A stretch of 64,000 nt of DNA. It comes from an uncultured Spirochaetota bacterium. GTDB lineage: Bacteria; Spirochaetota; Spirochaetia; SZUA-6; Fen-1364. The DNA is taken from NCBI GenBank assembly GCA_963781885.1, contig CAWAHW010000005.1, positions 96,001 through 160,000 on the forward strand. Direction: 5' to 3'. A model generated the notes under the pieces. That model did not search any database. It worked only from the letters and a program-made list of their open reading frames with translations, and was not told the DNA's origin. The position numbers were made by a program, and so were the translations under genes. Below, in pieces: positions 40,286 through 50,933 of the stretch. The stretch's first letter is position 1. Each line of letters begins with the position of its first letter.

Positions 40286-40621
40286 GCTGTTCGCATTCTG
40301 CTCGCCGTGTCACGGGACGGCCTCCTGGAGAGTTACGACGCCGCGGGTCACGCCGGCGAAAGCCCGCGCGGTGCCAACATCGCCTGCGCCGCCGTCACGG
40401 CGCTCCTGCGGACGGCCGGGAAATTGTGCGAATCGCGCGGGCTGGTCCAGGATGGCGGCGGAGGGAAACGAGGCGAGCTGCGGCTCATCGTGGCGCCCGT
40501 TCCCGACGCGGAGCGCGAATGGCTCAGGGGCGTGACGGATTTTCTCCTGAGGGGTGTGCATGATCTGCAGGATGAGTTTCCCCGCGAGATTCAACTCCTG
40601 CTCGAGGTGAGGGAGGTCTGA
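40286..40621 (+). CDS. prp: Prp (YsxB/DUF464) ribosomal-processing cysteine protease; start codon uncertain
   Basis: GHAG...NIACAAVT.L His/Cys motif; between rplU and rpmA. Confidence 0.8.
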   Translation, partial: AVRILLAVSRDGLLESYDAAGHAGESPRGANIACAAVTALLRTAGKLCESRGLVQDGGGGKRGELRLIVAPVPDAEREWLRGVTDFLLRGVHDLQDEFPREIQLLLEVREV

Positions 40622-40622
40622 G

Positions 40623-40877
40623 ATGGGACGCAAGAAGGGCGGCGCGGCGAAGAACGGCCGCGATTCGCAATCGAAGAGACTGGGAATCAAGAGATTCGCC
40701 GGGGAGCATGTCGCCGCGGGCACCATCATCGTCCGGCAGCGGGGAACGAAATTCCATCCCGGCGACAGCGTCGGCCGCGGGAGGGACGATACGTTGTTCG
40801 CGCTCATCGACGGACAGGTCGTTTTCCAGACCCGGAAAGGCCGGAACTTCATCGCCATCCAGCACCCGACGACCTGA
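40623..40877 (+). CDS. rpmA: 50S ribosomal protein L27
   Basis: [36 protein letters not shown]. Confidence 0.97.
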   Translation: MGRKKGGAAKNGRDSQSKRLGIKRFAGEHVAAGTIIVRQRGTKFHPGDSVGRGRDDTLFALIDGQVVFQTRKGRNFIAIQHPTT

Positions 40878-40883
40878 CGGCGC

Positions 40884-41894
40884 GTGAACGGCTTCGTGGA
40901 TGAGACCACGATCGTCGTCTCGTCCGGCAGCGGGGGCGACGGGGCCGTGTCCTTCCGACGGGAAAAATTCATCCCTCGGGGCGGTCCCGACGGCGGCGAC
41001 GGAGGCAAGGGGGGCGACGTCATCTTCGCCGTGCGCTCGAACCTGAAAACCCTTTCCCATCTCAAGCTGAAGAGAGTGTTCAAGGCCGTCAATGGCGGCC
41101 GCGGCGCCGGGCAGAAGATGCACGGCAAGGACGGGGCGGACGTCCTCATCCCCGTGCCTCCGGGCACCGTGCTGCGCGATCCGGCGACGGGAGACTCGTT
41201 TGCGGACCTCACCCGCGACGGACAGTTGTTCGTCTTCCTCCGCGGCGGCAGGGGAGGGAAGGGGAACTCCCATTACGCCACGTCCGTGAACCAGGCCCCG
41301 CGCTACGCGCAAAAAGGCATCGAGGGGCAGACCCGCGAGCTGCGCGCGGAGCTGCACCTGATCGCCGACGTCGGACTCGTTGGCATGCCAAACGCGGGGA
41401 AGTCCACGCTCCTGTCCGTCGTCACCAACGCGCACCCCCAGATCGCCGACTATCCCTTCACCACCCGCACGCCGCACTTGGGCCTGCTGCGGCTTCCCGA
41501 GCGCGACGTGATCCTCGCCGACATCCCGGGCATCATCGAAGGGGCATCCCAGGGCAAGGGGCTGGGCCTGCGTTTCCTGCGCCACATCGAGCGCTGCGCG
41601 GCCCTGCTCTTCCTGGTGGACCTGTCCTCCGCGGACTGCCCCGGCACCGTGCGTCTCCTGGAGGCCGAGCTTGCAACCTACGCGGGGACGCTCGCGGACA
41701 GGCCGCGCATCCTCGTCGGCACGAAGCTCGACCTGCCGGATTCAGCCGCGGGCATCGATGCCCTGGCAGCGGCGTTCCCCGGCGAACCCTTGGTCGGCAT
41801 CTCGTCGTATTCGCATGAAGGCGTGCCGGCGCTGCTCGCGCTCATCCGGGAGCTCGTGAGCAGGTCCGCCGCGCCGGCGGGAGAAGCGGGATGA
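40884..41894 (+). CDS. obgE: GTPase ObgE
   Basis: FRREKFIPRGGPDGGDGG, DVGLVGMPNAGKST, YPFTT, DIPG. Confidence 0.97.
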   Translation: MNGFVDETTIVVSSGSGGDGAVSFRREKFIPRGGPDGGDGGKGGDVIFAVRSNLKTLSHLKLKRVFKAVNGGRGAGQKMHGKDGADVLIPVPPGTVLRDPATGDSFADLTRDGQLFVFLRGGRGGKGNSHYATSVNQAPRYAQKGIEGQTRELRAELHLIADVGLVGMPNAGKSTLLSVVTNAHPQIADYPFTTRTPHLGLLRLPERDVILADIPGIIEGASQGKGLGLRFLRHIERCAALLFLVDLSSADCPGTVRLLEAELATYAGTLADRPRILVGTKLDLPDSAAGIDALAAAFPGEPLVGISSYSHEGVPALLALIRELVSRSAAPAGEAG

Positions 41895-42460
41895 AAGCGG
41901 TGGCCCTCGGCGGGACGTTCAATCCGGTGCACAACGGCCACCTCTTCATCGCGGAGGAGGTCAGGTCCGCCTTCGGCTACGACGCGGCCATCTTCGTTCC
42001 GTCGAATCAGCCCGTCCACAAGGATCCCTCGCCGGTGCTCGCCGCCCCCCATCGCCTGGAAATGCTGCGCCGCGCCATTGCCGGCAACGATCGCTTCATC
42101 GTGGATGAAGGGGAGATCGCACGGGGCGGCCCGTCCTATTCCATCGACACGGTCACCAGCCTCATCCCCCGCTACGGCATCGAAGGCAAGCCGGGCTTCG
42201 TGATCGGAGACGACCTCGTGGCGGGTTTCCCGACGTGGAAGGACGTGGACGAGCTCGTCCGCATCGTCGATCTCATCGTCGCCAGGAGAATCCTGGCCGG
42301 ACCCGTGCAGCTCGCGTATCCGCACAGGACCGTCATGAACACCGTCCTTCCCATCTCCTCTTCGGAGATCCGCGGGCGGATCAGCGAAGGACGCTCGGTG
42401 CGGTATCTCCTGCCCGACGCGGTCCTCGACTATATCAGGGACAAAAAGCTCTATGGATGA
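41891..42460 (+). CDS. nadD: Nicotinate-nucleotide adenylyltransferase
   Basis: GGTFNPVHNGH, SYSIDT, ISSSEIR. Confidence 0.95.
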   Translation: MKAVALGGTFNPVHNGHLFIAEEVRSAFGYDAAIFVPSNQPVHKDPSPVLAAPHRLEMLRRAIAGNDRFIVDEGEIARGGPSYSIDTVTSLIPRYGIEGKPGFVIGDDLVAGFPTWKDVDELVRIVDLIVARRILAGPVQLAYPHRTVMNTVLPISSSEIRGRISEGRSVRYLLPDAVLDYIRDKKLYG

Positions 42461-43031
42461 CAGGAATATCTGGCGCTCACGGGCATCGGCCCTCGTGGAG
42501 GCGACCCTCACGCGGCGGCGCATCGGCCATTCGCGCGAGGTGGCGCGCCTGGCGAGCGAGCTCTGCGACCGCTTCCACGGGGACGAGGAGAAGGGGTACA
42601 TCGCCGGCATGGCGCATGACCTCGCGCGCGAGCTCAGCGTGGCGGAAATCGTCCTGCTCGCGGAGTCCGACGGCCAGCCGGTGCGCGACTGGGAGAAAGA
42701 CACCCCGCTGCTCCTGCACGGGAGGGCCGCCGCCGCCATCCTCCTGAAGCATACCGGCTATGACGACCCCGAGACCCTCCAGGCCGTCCGCGACCACGTC
42801 ACCGGCCGCGGGTCCATGGGACTGATCTCGAAGATCGTTTTCGCCGCCGATTTCCTGGAGCCTACACGGGAACTGGTTTCCCCGGAGTTCCGGCGCCGCA
42901 CCATCGCTCTCAGTCTCGACGAGATGGTGCTCGCCGTGCTGGAGCGCAAGCTGCATTTCGTGCGCCAGGCCCGGCAGGCGATCAGCCCCGACTCCCTTGC
43001 CCTGCACGAGGAGCTTGCCGCCCATGCTTGA
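42453..43031 (+). CDS. yqeK: YqeK HD-domain Ap4A hydrolase
   Basis: R..HS..VA, AHDLARE, LLHG, HVTG, ADFLEP.R. Confidence 0.88.
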   Translation: MDDRNIWRSRASALVEATLTRRRIGHSREVARLASELCDRFHGDEEKGYIAGMAHDLARELSVAEIVLLAESDGQPVRDWEKDTPLLLHGRAAAAILLKHTGYDDPETLQAVRDHVTGRGSMGLISKIVFAADFLEPTRELVSPEFRRRTIALSLDEMVLAVLERKLHFVRQARQAISPDSLALHEELAAHA

Positions 43032-44211
43032 ACGCAGAAGCCGTCGGACCGACCGGAGCATCCTTCTCCTCATCGTCATCGTGGTGATCGTCCTCGCCAC
43101 CGCCGCCTATGCGGTGCTCCAGCTCCGCGTGGATTCGGTCACCGATGCGCTGAAGAAGAAGCAGACGCTGAACACGCTCTTCATCTTCTCATCGGGCGAC
43201 AAGGCGCTCTTCTTCGAGACGTTTTTCTACAACTCCGCCACCCGCAAGGGATCGCTCTTCTATATCCCGCCGAATCTCGGGAGCGTCATCGCCTCCATCA
43301 ACAAGATGGAAGGCATCGACATGCTGTATCGCCGGACAAGCCCGGATCCGTTGAAGCAGAAGATCGAGGAGGTTCTGGGGGTTCCCCTGAACGCGGTCAT
43401 CGACGTCAGCCTCGACGACACGGGAAGGCTGGTCGATCTCCTGGGAGGGATCGACGTGTTCATTCCGAACGCCGTCGATCTCACCTTTCAGGGCCGCCGC
43501 GTGCTCCTTCCCTCCGGCAGCGTCACCCTTGACGGCGACAAGGCCCGCGACTTCATCACGTACGAGGACCCGCTGGAAACCGATGCCGACATGATCGGCC
43601 GGCGGCAGAAGTTCCTCCAGGCGACCCTGAAGGCGCTGGGGGAGAACAACGCCTTCCTCCAGCAGCGCGGCCCGTCCCGCATGCTCCGTTCGCTCCTGCG
43701 GACAAGCCTTCCGGGGCGCGCCCTGTCGTCGCTCGTCGCGGAGCTGGGGCGCTTCGATTCCGAACGGATGGTCCTGCAGCGGGTGCTGGGCACGACGCGG
43801 ACCACGGTGGACGGCCGCGAGCTCCTTTTCCCGCACCAGGACGGTGACCTCCTGAAGCAGTCCGTGAAGCTCGCCATCTCCGCGAATGCCTCCAACGAGT
43901 TCGTGCCGCCCGACGCCCTTTCCATCACCGTGGAGGTCCTCAACGGAACGAAGACGGTGGGCCTTGCAAACCGCGCGCGCGACGTGTTCCAGAGCTACGA
44001 CATGGAGGTCACGGCGCCGAACAATGCCGACAACGACCAGTACGCGAACACCGTGGTCCTTGACCGGAAAGGCTCCATGGACACCGCCAAGAAGGTGGCC
44101 GATATCATCCATTGTACCCGGATCTACTCGAAGCCCGATCCCAATGAGGACCAGGCCGTGGACGTCACCGTGATTCTGGGGAAAGATTTCGATGGCCGCT
44201 ACGTCAAGTAG
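43024..44211 (+). CDS. LCP (LytR-CpsA-Psr) family protein with LytR_C domain
   Basis: N-terminal TM; LVDLLGGIDV, LDGDKA, R.QKFL, VEVLNGT...GLA, DVTVILGKDF. Confidence 0.88.
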   Translation: MLERRSRRTDRSILLLIVIVVIVLATAAYAVLQLRVDSVTDALKKKQTLNTLFIFSSGDKALFFETFFYNSATRKGSLFYIPPNLGSVIASINKMEGIDMLYRRTSPDPLKQKIEEVLGVPLNAVIDVSLDDTGRLVDLLGGIDVFIPNAVDLTFQGRRVLLPSGSVTLDGDKARDFITYEDPLETDADMIGRRQKFLQATLKALGENNAFLQQRGPSRMLRSLLRTSLPGRALSSLVAELGRFDSERMVLQRVLGTTRTTVDGRELLFPHQDGDLLKQSVKLAISANASNEFVPPDALSITVEVLNGTKTVGLANRARDVFQSYDMEVTAPNNADNDQYANTVVLDRKGSMDTAKKVADIIHCTRIYSKPDPNEDQAVDVTVILGKDFDGRYVK

Positions 44212-44538
44212 CAAGGAGACGGCCCTGGAGGCCGCCCGGCTCATCGCCGATCACAAGGGCGACGACACGGTCGTGCTCGATATCAGCGATATCTCGGCGT
44301 TCGCCGATTTCTTCATCATCTCCACCGCGCGCAGCAGCGCCCATGTGCAGGGGCTCTTGCGAGAGCTCACGGCGTTTTTCCACCTGAAGGGCATCCATCC
44401 CCGCCATCCGCACAAGGCGCGGCCGGAGAAGGGTTGGATTCTGCTCGATTGCGGGGATTTCGTCATTCACCTGATGGAAAAAGAACAGCGGGATTTCTAC
44501 GATCTGGAAAGGCTCTGGTTCAAAGCGGAGCGGGTTTC

Positions 44539-44545
<7 letters not shown>
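44192..44545 (+). CDS. rsfS: Ribosome silencing factor
   Basis: KG.D..VLD, ADFFII.T, WILLDCGDFVIHLM....R.FYDLERLW. Confidence 0.95.
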
Positions 44546-45021
<476 letters not shown>

Positions 45022-45054
45022 CCTGCCTCAGCGTGAAAGTGTGAAATCAAGCTG

Positions 45055-45084
45055 AATCTATGTCCAGATTTTGCCGCTTGTCAA
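45055..45084 (-). promoter_or_regulatory. sigma70 promoter of acidic-protein gene
   Basis: TTGACA-N18-TAGATT with upstream A-tract (UP-like). Confidence 0.65.
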
Positions 45085-45097
45085 CTAGTTTTTTGAA

Positions 45098-45583
45098 TCA
45101 GGCAACCGGGCGATTGGAAGCCTGCAGGCCGAGGAAGAGCGTGAGCCGTCCGAAGGGGCCCCGAATGGTCTGCCGGACCGGTTCTGAGACGTCCGGGACG
45201 CAACTTTGGAGCTTTTTGGCAGCGACAATGGCGGGCGGGGTGATATCACAGGTAAGCTGGCGTTCCGAAAGAAGGGTTATCGCGCGCCCGGAGATCTGGT
45301 TCGTAAGCTCCCCGAGGGCGGCGAGCTGTATCTCGTTGAGCTTCGGTCCGGCGACGGAAAGACGGATGCTGCCTGTCATGGCGCGAAGCACGGCCGAGGC
45401 GCTCTGCGCATCCGTGAGAAGCATGAAGATGCCCTTGACGTCGCCCGTCAGGCAGACGCTCGTGATGATCTGGTCATTCGCGTTTTCCGGGGAACCGGGC
45501 TCCACGGAGGAAATGACCAGATCCGTCTCGTGGAACACCTGGCGGACGGCCTCGATGAACACCTCGAGGATTTCCTGCTGCAC
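45098..45583 (-). CDS. cheX: Chemotaxis phosphatase CheX-family protein
   Basis: V.LTGDVKG, ALGELTNQISGRA (E-x-x-N), DITPP.IV. Confidence 0.82.
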   Translation of the reverse strand: MQQEILEVFIEAVRQVFHETDLVISSVEPGSPENANDQIITSVCLTGDVKGIFMLLTDAQSASAVLRAMTGSIRLSVAGPKLNEIQLAALGELTNQISGRAITLLSERQLTCDITPPAIVAAKKLQSCVPDVSEPVRQTIRGPFGRLTLFLGLQASNRPVA

Positions 45584-45589
45584 GCATTG

Positions 45590-45619
45590 AGTATAGGAGA
45601 GCGCCCCCCGGCCTGTCAA
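45590..45619 (-). promoter_or_regulatory. sigma70 promoter, leaderless, for cheX
   Basis: TTGACA-N18-TATACT-N6-GTG. Confidence 0.7.
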
Positions 45620-45675
45620 ATCGGCCGACAGGCGGCTGCCGCCGCGCGCACCGCCAGGGCCGTGGAGGGGGTCTG

Positions 45676-45730
45676 CGGGCCTCCTCCCGTCCGTCCACGG
45701 ACTCGTCGGCCCTCGGCCTCCTTGCCTACG
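45676..45730 (-). repeat. Structured dispersed repeat, copy B
   Basis: Minus: CGTAGGCAAGGAGGCCGAGGGCCGACGAGTCCGTGGACGGACGGGAGGAGGCCCG. Confidence 0.75.
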
Positions 45731-45798
45731 CCCTCTTGCGGCGAATCGCTGCCTCTGCTACTATCGCCGGATGCGGATTCGCCAATGGGAGGACACCC

Positions 45799-46149
45799 AT
45801 GGAGATTACGGACATTCGCATCAAGAGGGTCGAATCTGACAACAAGCTGAAGGCCTATGTCACGATCACGTTCGACGACTGCTTTGTGGTGCACAATCTC
45901 AAGATCATCATGGGCCAGTTCGGCCGTTTCGTGGCGATGCCCAGCAGGAAGACGCGGGATGGCGAGTTCAAGGACATAGCGCACCCGATCAATTCGGAGT
46001 TCCGAAGGAGGATCCAGACCCGCATCCTGGAGGAGTTTGACAAAGGCGCGGGAGAAATGCATATTGCGGGTCAGGACGACGAAGATTTCCCGCACGGCGG
46101 GGACACGGAGGAGCCGGATACCCGCGATGGAGAACAGCCCCCGGTCTGA
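45799..46149 (+). CDS. spoVG: SpoVG nucleic-acid-binding regulator
   Basis: MEITDIRI, KLKAYVTITFDDCFVVH, FVAMPSRK..DGEFKDIAHPIN. Confidence 0.96.
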   Translation: MEITDIRIKRVESDNKLKAYVTITFDDCFVVHNLKIIMGQFGRFVAMPSRKTRDGEFKDIAHPINSEFRRRIQTRILEEFDKGAGEMHIAGQDDEDFPHGGDTEEPDTRDGEQPPV

Positions 46150-46192
46150 CGCGCGCGGGGAATTGATGCCATCCGCCGACTCTATCTCACAG

Positions 46193-46264
46193 TGGGACGT
46201 CGGCAAGCGGTAAGCCACCGGAATTTGGATCCGGCATTCGCAGGTTCGAATCCTGCCGTCCCAG
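46193..46264 (+). tRNA. tRNA-Gln(TTG)
   Basis: TGGGACG acceptor stem, CCGGA-ATTTGGA-TCCGG anticodon arm, GGTTCGAATCC. Confidence 0.93.
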
Positions 46265-46317
46265 ATGACAAAGACAAGCCCGAGGACGGACGATACCACA
46301 GCAAGGAGTTTCTGAAG

Positions 46318-46974
46318 ATGGAAGCAAAGAAGCTGAATGTCGAGATACGCAAGGGAGAGGGCAAGGGCGCTGCCGGAAGGCTCCGGACCGCCGGCAAGAT
46401 CCCCGCGGTCATCTATGGACATACGACACCCACGGCGATCACGGTGGACGCGCGCGAGTTCCGCAACGCGTTCCGTAGAATCACGGAGAACACGATCGTG
46501 CATCTGCACACGCCCAGCGGCGTGCACGAGGTCCTGGTGAAGGACTACCAGAAGGACAATCTCACCGGTCAGATCCTCCACGTGGATTTCTACGAGTTCG
46601 AAAAGGGCAAGGCCCTGCGCACGCGCGTGCCCATCCGCCTCATTGGCAACCCGATCGGTGTGAAGGAGGGGGGCATCCTGGAAAGCCTTCTTCACCAGCT
46701 CGACGTGGAATGTCTCCCGAAGGACCTGCCGGAAGAGATCACGCTCGACATCAACGAGCTCGGGCTCGACCGCGCGCTGCACGTCAACAACCTCGTGCTG
46801 CCCGAAGGGGTGCGCGCGATCCAGGCGCCTGACCAGGTCGTCTGCCTCGTCGCCCACCGCAAGGCCGAAGAGGAAGTCGCTCCCGCTGCCGTGGAGGGCG
46901 AGGTTCCTGCCGAGGGAGAAGAGGCTGCCGAGGGCGCAGAGAAGGCCGAAGAGACAGAGGAAAAAGAGGAGTAA
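46318..46974 (+). CDS. rplY: 50S ribosomal protein L25/CTC
   Basis: GKGAAGRLR..GKIPAVIYG, ILHVDFY, GVKEGG.L, CLP..LPE. Confidence 0.96.
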   Translation: MEAKKLNVEIRKGEGKGAAGRLRTAGKIPAVIYGHTTPTAITVDAREFRNAFRRITENTIVHLHTPSGVHEVLVKDYQKDNLTGQILHVDFYEFEKGKALRTRVPIRLIGNPIGVKEGGILESLLHQLDVECLPKDLPEEITLDINELGLDRALHVNNLVLPEGVRAIQAPDQVVCLVAHRKAEEEVAPAAVEGEVPAEGEEAAEGAEKAEETEEKEE

Positions 46975-46986
46975 TTCCTGGCCCTC

Positions 46987-47559
46987 ATGGTGGTCGGGCT
47001 CGGCAACCCGGGCGCCCGTTATGCGGGCACCCGGCACAATGTCGGGTTCATGGTCGTGGACGCCCTTGCGGCAACGCTGGGCGTCCCGTTCAAGAAAAAG
47101 CTTTTCCATTCCTACGCCATCGGGAAGGGGATGCACGAAGGCGTCCCGCTGTATCTGGTGAAGCCGCTCACCTATATGAACGAGTCGGGCCGGGCCGTAC
47201 GGGAAGCGCTGCGCGAAACGGGCATCGAACCGGCGTCCCTCCTCATCATCTGCGATTCCCTGGACCTGTCACCGGGCAATCTCCGCTTCAAGCTCAAAGG
47301 CTCATCCGGCGGCCAGAAGGGTCTCCAGTCGATCATCACGTCCATCGGCACCGAAGAGTTCATGCGCCTCACCGTCGGCATCGGCAGGCCGGAGCACAAG
47401 GGCCAGGTTATTGCCCACGTCCTCGGCGAGCCGAAGAGCGCGGACGAGGAGCTGATCGGCCGCGCGGTGGATCGGGCCGGCCTTTCGGTGCTCCAGCTTG
47501 CCACGCAGGGACCGGTGCGCGTCATGAATGACGTCAACAAGAGGGAGCCCGCCTCGTGA
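46987..47559 (+). CDS. pth: Peptidyl-tRNA hydrolase
   Basis: VGLGNPG..Y..TRHNVGF, KPLTYMNESG, R..VGIGRP. Confidence 0.95.
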   Translation: MVVGLGNPGARYAGTRHNVGFMVVDALAATLGVPFKKKLFHSYAIGKGMHEGVPLYLVKPLTYMNESGRAVREALRETGIEPASLLIICDSLDLSPGNLRFKLKGSSGGQKGLQSIITSIGTEEFMRLTVGIGRPEHKGQVIAHVLGEPKSADEELIGRAVDRAGLSVLQLATQGPVRVMNDVNKREPAS

Positions 47560-48977
47560 AAGAGCTCGAACAGAGCGTCCACCTTGCCCTGCGGGAGGCG
47601 GGCATCCCAGACGCGATGCATCTGCTCGTCGCGGTGTCGGGCGGCCCGGACTCGATGGCGCTCCTGCGCTGCCTGGCGCATCTGCGGACCCCCGCGGGCG
47701 CCGCGTTGAGCGCGTGCGTCGTCGATCACGGCATCAGGCCGCGCGAACAGGTGGAGGCGGACATTGCGCTCGTGGCTGCCGCGTGCGCACGCCTGGATCT
47801 GCCGCTGGTCGTGAAGACAATCCCGGCGGGGCAGTGCGAAGCCCTTGCGCGCGCGCGCCATCGGAGCCTGGAGGAGACCGCGCGCGGCCTGCGTCACGGC
47901 CTTCTCCGTGAGGCGGCGCGGGAAACAAGCGCCGAGGCGGTGGCACTCGGGCACACGGAAGACGACCTTATCGAAACGCTCCTCATGCGGGTTCTGCAGG
48001 GGTCCGATGCGGAGGGCCTCAGCGGCATTGCGATGCGCCGGGGTCCCTTTGTGCGCCCCCTCCTTCACTGCACGCGTGACGGCGTGATCGCGTACCTTGA
48101 ATCCGAGGGCCAGGAATGGCGCGCTGATTCCACCAATGAAGATTTTCGCTTCTATAGAAATCGCGTCCGCCACGGCCTGATCCCCGTTCTGAGGGACCTG
48201 TTTCCGGGGCACCGGGCAGGGCTGCGTGCCTTCAGCGCCAAGCAGGCCATGACGGCGGGCCTTGTGCGCGAGCTGGCGGACCGGATGCCGTGGCGGCCGG
48301 AAGGTCGTGGTTTTTCCATTGCCGTTGATGACTACTTTCGAACTTCTGCCGCCGTCCGTGCCCGATCGCTGCTCGATCTCTATGACAAGATCCGGGGGCC
48401 GCTGTCCCCGCGCGTGCTTCCCTGGCGTTTCCTGCGGCCCGCGCTTGGTCCCGTTTCCGACTCCGAATCGTGCCTGTTGCGGGGACACGGGGTCCTGCTT
48501 TCCCGTCGTTCCGGCAGGCTTTACTGGGAAGACGATATTGCCAGCCGATGTAAAAAGGGATACTTTATAGAAGTCTCTGAAGCCGGCACGATCGCTTTCC
48601 AGGGTGGCGGGATGAGTCTGTCCGCTGCCCGCAACTTGGAAATCGCCGTTGCTGGAATGGCAGGAGTCTTTCTGCGCTCCGGCGCGGTGGATCCACCGCT
48701 CGTGCTGAGGTCGAAGAGAAGAGGAGACCGCATCCTTCTCGAGAATGGCACGACAGCGGTGAATGATCTCATTGCCGGCTGGAAGATTCCCCGCGAGGCG
48801 CGGGAGTCTGTCCCGGTCCTCGTGGACAGGAGGGGCGTGCTGGCAGTCCTGGGCGGCGCGCTGGGATACCCCACCCGGGCACGGGCGGGCGCCTTCGCGG
48901 AAGATGGCGGGGGCGTGGACCGCATGGTCGGACGCCTTGAAAAGGCTGCGGAAAAACGAATTGGAAGAGGGACGTGA
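47556..48977 (+). CDS. tilS: tRNA(Ile)-lysidine synthetase
   Basis: VAVSGGPDSMALL, DHGIR, GHTEDD..ET.L, RPLL, DSTN....Y.RN.VR. Confidence 0.95.
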   Translation: MKELEQSVHLALREAGIPDAMHLLVAVSGGPDSMALLRCLAHLRTPAGAALSACVVDHGIRPREQVEADIALVAAACARLDLPLVVKTIPAGQCEALARARHRSLEETARGLRHGLLREAARETSAEAVALGHTEDDLIETLLMRVLQGSDAEGLSGIAMRRGPFVRPLLHCTRDGVIAYLESEGQEWRADSTNEDFRFYRNRVRHGLIPVLRDLFPGHRAGLRAFSAKQAMTAGLVRELADRMPWRPEGRGFSIAVDDYFRTSAAVRARSLLDLYDKIRGPLSPRVLPWRFLRPALGPVSDSESCLLRGHGVLLSRRSGRLYWEDDIASRCKKGYFIEVSEAGTIAFQGGGMSLSAARNLEIAVAGMAGVFLRSGAVDPPLVLRSKRRGDRILLENGTTAVNDLIAGWKIPREARESVPVLVDRRGVLAVLGGALGYPTRARAGAFAEDGGGVDRMVGRLEKAAEKRIGRGT

Positions 48978-50887
48978 GCAACAACAACGATAACGGCGAC
49001 AACAAGGGACCGGATCCGCGCGTACCGCGCTTCAACTTCAACAACAGGATCGCGCTCATCTCCCTGTTGATCCTCGTCTCCTTCTTCGTTTTTTTCTTCG
49101 TTTATAACGACCGCTCGGGGACGTCGGAGCTTCCGTACTCCACCTTCCAGACCTACCTGGATGACGGCATGATCGACCAGGTGAAGATCATCGACCAGTA
49201 CGAGATCCAGGGCACCGTGAAATCGAAGACGGGCGACGTGAACTTCTTCAAGACCACCATCCCCTATCCCGACGACAGCCTCATGAAGAGCCTGAAGGAC
49301 AAGGGCGTGAAGGTTTCCGGCGGCGCAAAGGCCATCTCGCCTCTGAACGTCATCATCAATTTCCTGCCGTGGGTGATCGGGTTCTTCTTCATCTGGTTCA
49401 TGTTCCGCCAGGTCCAGGGAAACGGTAACAAGGCGTTCTCTTTCGGGAAGAGCAGGGCAAAGCGCTATCTCGACTCCAGCAAACGCATCACCTTCAACGA
49501 CGTCGCGGGCCAGGAGGAGGCGAAATACGAGCTGCAGGAAGTGGTGGAGTTCCTGAAGAGCCCGCAGAAGTTCTCCCGTCTCGGCGCGAAGATACCGAAG
49601 GGCGTCCTGCTGGTCGGCATGCCGGGCACGGGGAAGACCCTCCTTGCGAAAGCCATCGCGGGAGAAGCGAATGTCGCCTTCTTCCACATGTCGGGATCCG
49701 ATTTCGTGGAGATGTTCGTCGGCGTCGGCGCAAGCCGCGTCCGCGACCTCTTCGAGCAGGGCAGGCGTCACGCGCCCTGCATCCTCTTCATCGACGAGCT
49801 GGACGCGGTGGGGCGCACGCGCGGCGCCGGCTACGGCGGCGGCCACGACGAGCGCGAGCAGACGCTCAACCAGATGCTCGTGGAGATGGACGGCTTCGAC
49901 ACAAAGGATGGCGTCATCATCCTGGCCGCGACCAACAGACCTGATGTCCTCGACCCCGCGCTTCTGCGGCCCGGCCGTTTCGATCGCCAGGTCGTCGTCG
50001 ACATGCCCGACAGCAAGGAGCGCGAGCAGATCCTGCGTCTCCATGCGAAGAAGCTGCCGCTTGCGGAGAACGTGGACCTCGGGCGCCTTGCGCGCGCCAC
50101 CCCCGGCTCATCGGGTGCGGACCTTGCCAACCTCGTGAACGAGGCGGCGCTCTTTGCCGGCCGCAAGGCCAAGGACCGCGTCGACATGGACGATTTCGAA
50201 GAGGCGCGCGACAAGACGCTGATGGGCGTGGCGCGCAAGAGCAAGGTCATCCCGCCCAAGGAAAAGCAGATGGTGGCCTTTCATGAGGCGGGCCACGGTC
50301 TTCTTCACTACTTCCTCAAGAACGCTGATCCGTTGCACAAGATCACGATCATTCCCCACGGACGCGCCCTCGGGGTCGCATTCTCCCTGCCGGAGGACGA
50401 CGCCTACTCCCGCAACAAGGGATGGCTGCTGGACCGGATCACGATCGCAATGGGCGGCTACGCCGCGGAGCGCCTGATGCTGGACGAAACCACCACGGGC
50501 GCGCAGAATGACCTGGAGCAGGCGACCGATCTCGCCCGCCGGATGGTCTGCGAGTGGGGCATGAGCGAGCTGCTCGGTCCCATTGCGTACGGCCAGAAGG
50601 ACGAGCCGATATTCCTCGGCAAGGAGATCGCGCGGCACAAGGACTACTCGGAAGAGACCGCCCGCGCCATCGACACGGAGATAAAGAAGTTCGTGGAGGC
50701 CGGGCTGCGCGAGGCCACCAGGATCCTCACCGAGCAGCGCGACAAGCTGAAGCTCCTGGCGGAAACGCTTCTCGCAAAGGAAAACCTGGACGACGACGAG
50801 ATCCGCGCGCTGCTCGGTTTCCCCGAAAGGAAGCGCGGGGATTTCGAGCCGTCAACGGAGGTGCACGCGCCGGCGGCGTCGACCTGA
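48974..50887 (+). CDS. ftsH: ATP-dependent zinc metalloprotease FtsH
   Basis: [48 protein letters not shown]. Confidence 0.98.
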   Translation: MSNNNDNGDNKGPDPRVPRFNFNNRIALISLLILVSFFVFFFVYNDRSGTSELPYSTFQTYLDDGMIDQVKIIDQYEIQGTVKSKTGDVNFFKTTIPYPDDSLMKSLKDKGVKVSGGAKAISPLNVIINFLPWVIGFFFIWFMFRQVQGNGNKAFSFGKSRAKRYLDSSKRITFNDVAGQEEAKYELQEVVEFLKSPQKFSRLGAKIPKGVLLVGMPGTGKTLLAKAIAGEANVAFFHMSGSDFVEMFVGVGASRVRDLFEQGRRHAPCILFIDELDAVGRTRGAGYGGGHDEREQTLNQMLVEMDGFDTKDGVIILAATNRPDVLDPALLRPGRFDRQVVVDMPDSKEREQILRLHAKKLPLAENVDLGRLARATPGSSGADLANLVNEAALFAGRKAKDRVDMDDFEEARDKTLMGVARKSKVIPPKEKQMVAFHEAGHGLLHYFLKNADPLHKITIIPHGRALGVAFSLPEDDAYSRNKGWLLDRITIAMGGYAAERLMLDETTTGAQNDLEQATDLARRMVCEWGMSELLGPIAYGQKDEPIFLGKEIARHKDYSEETARAIDTEIKKFVEAGLREATRILTEQRDKLKLLAETLLAKENLDDDEIRALLGFPERKRGDFEPSTEVHAPAAST

Positions 50888-50933
50888 GGCCTTTCGCGGG
50901 CAGACGCCTTCCGGTGCCGCTGTTCGTACAAGT

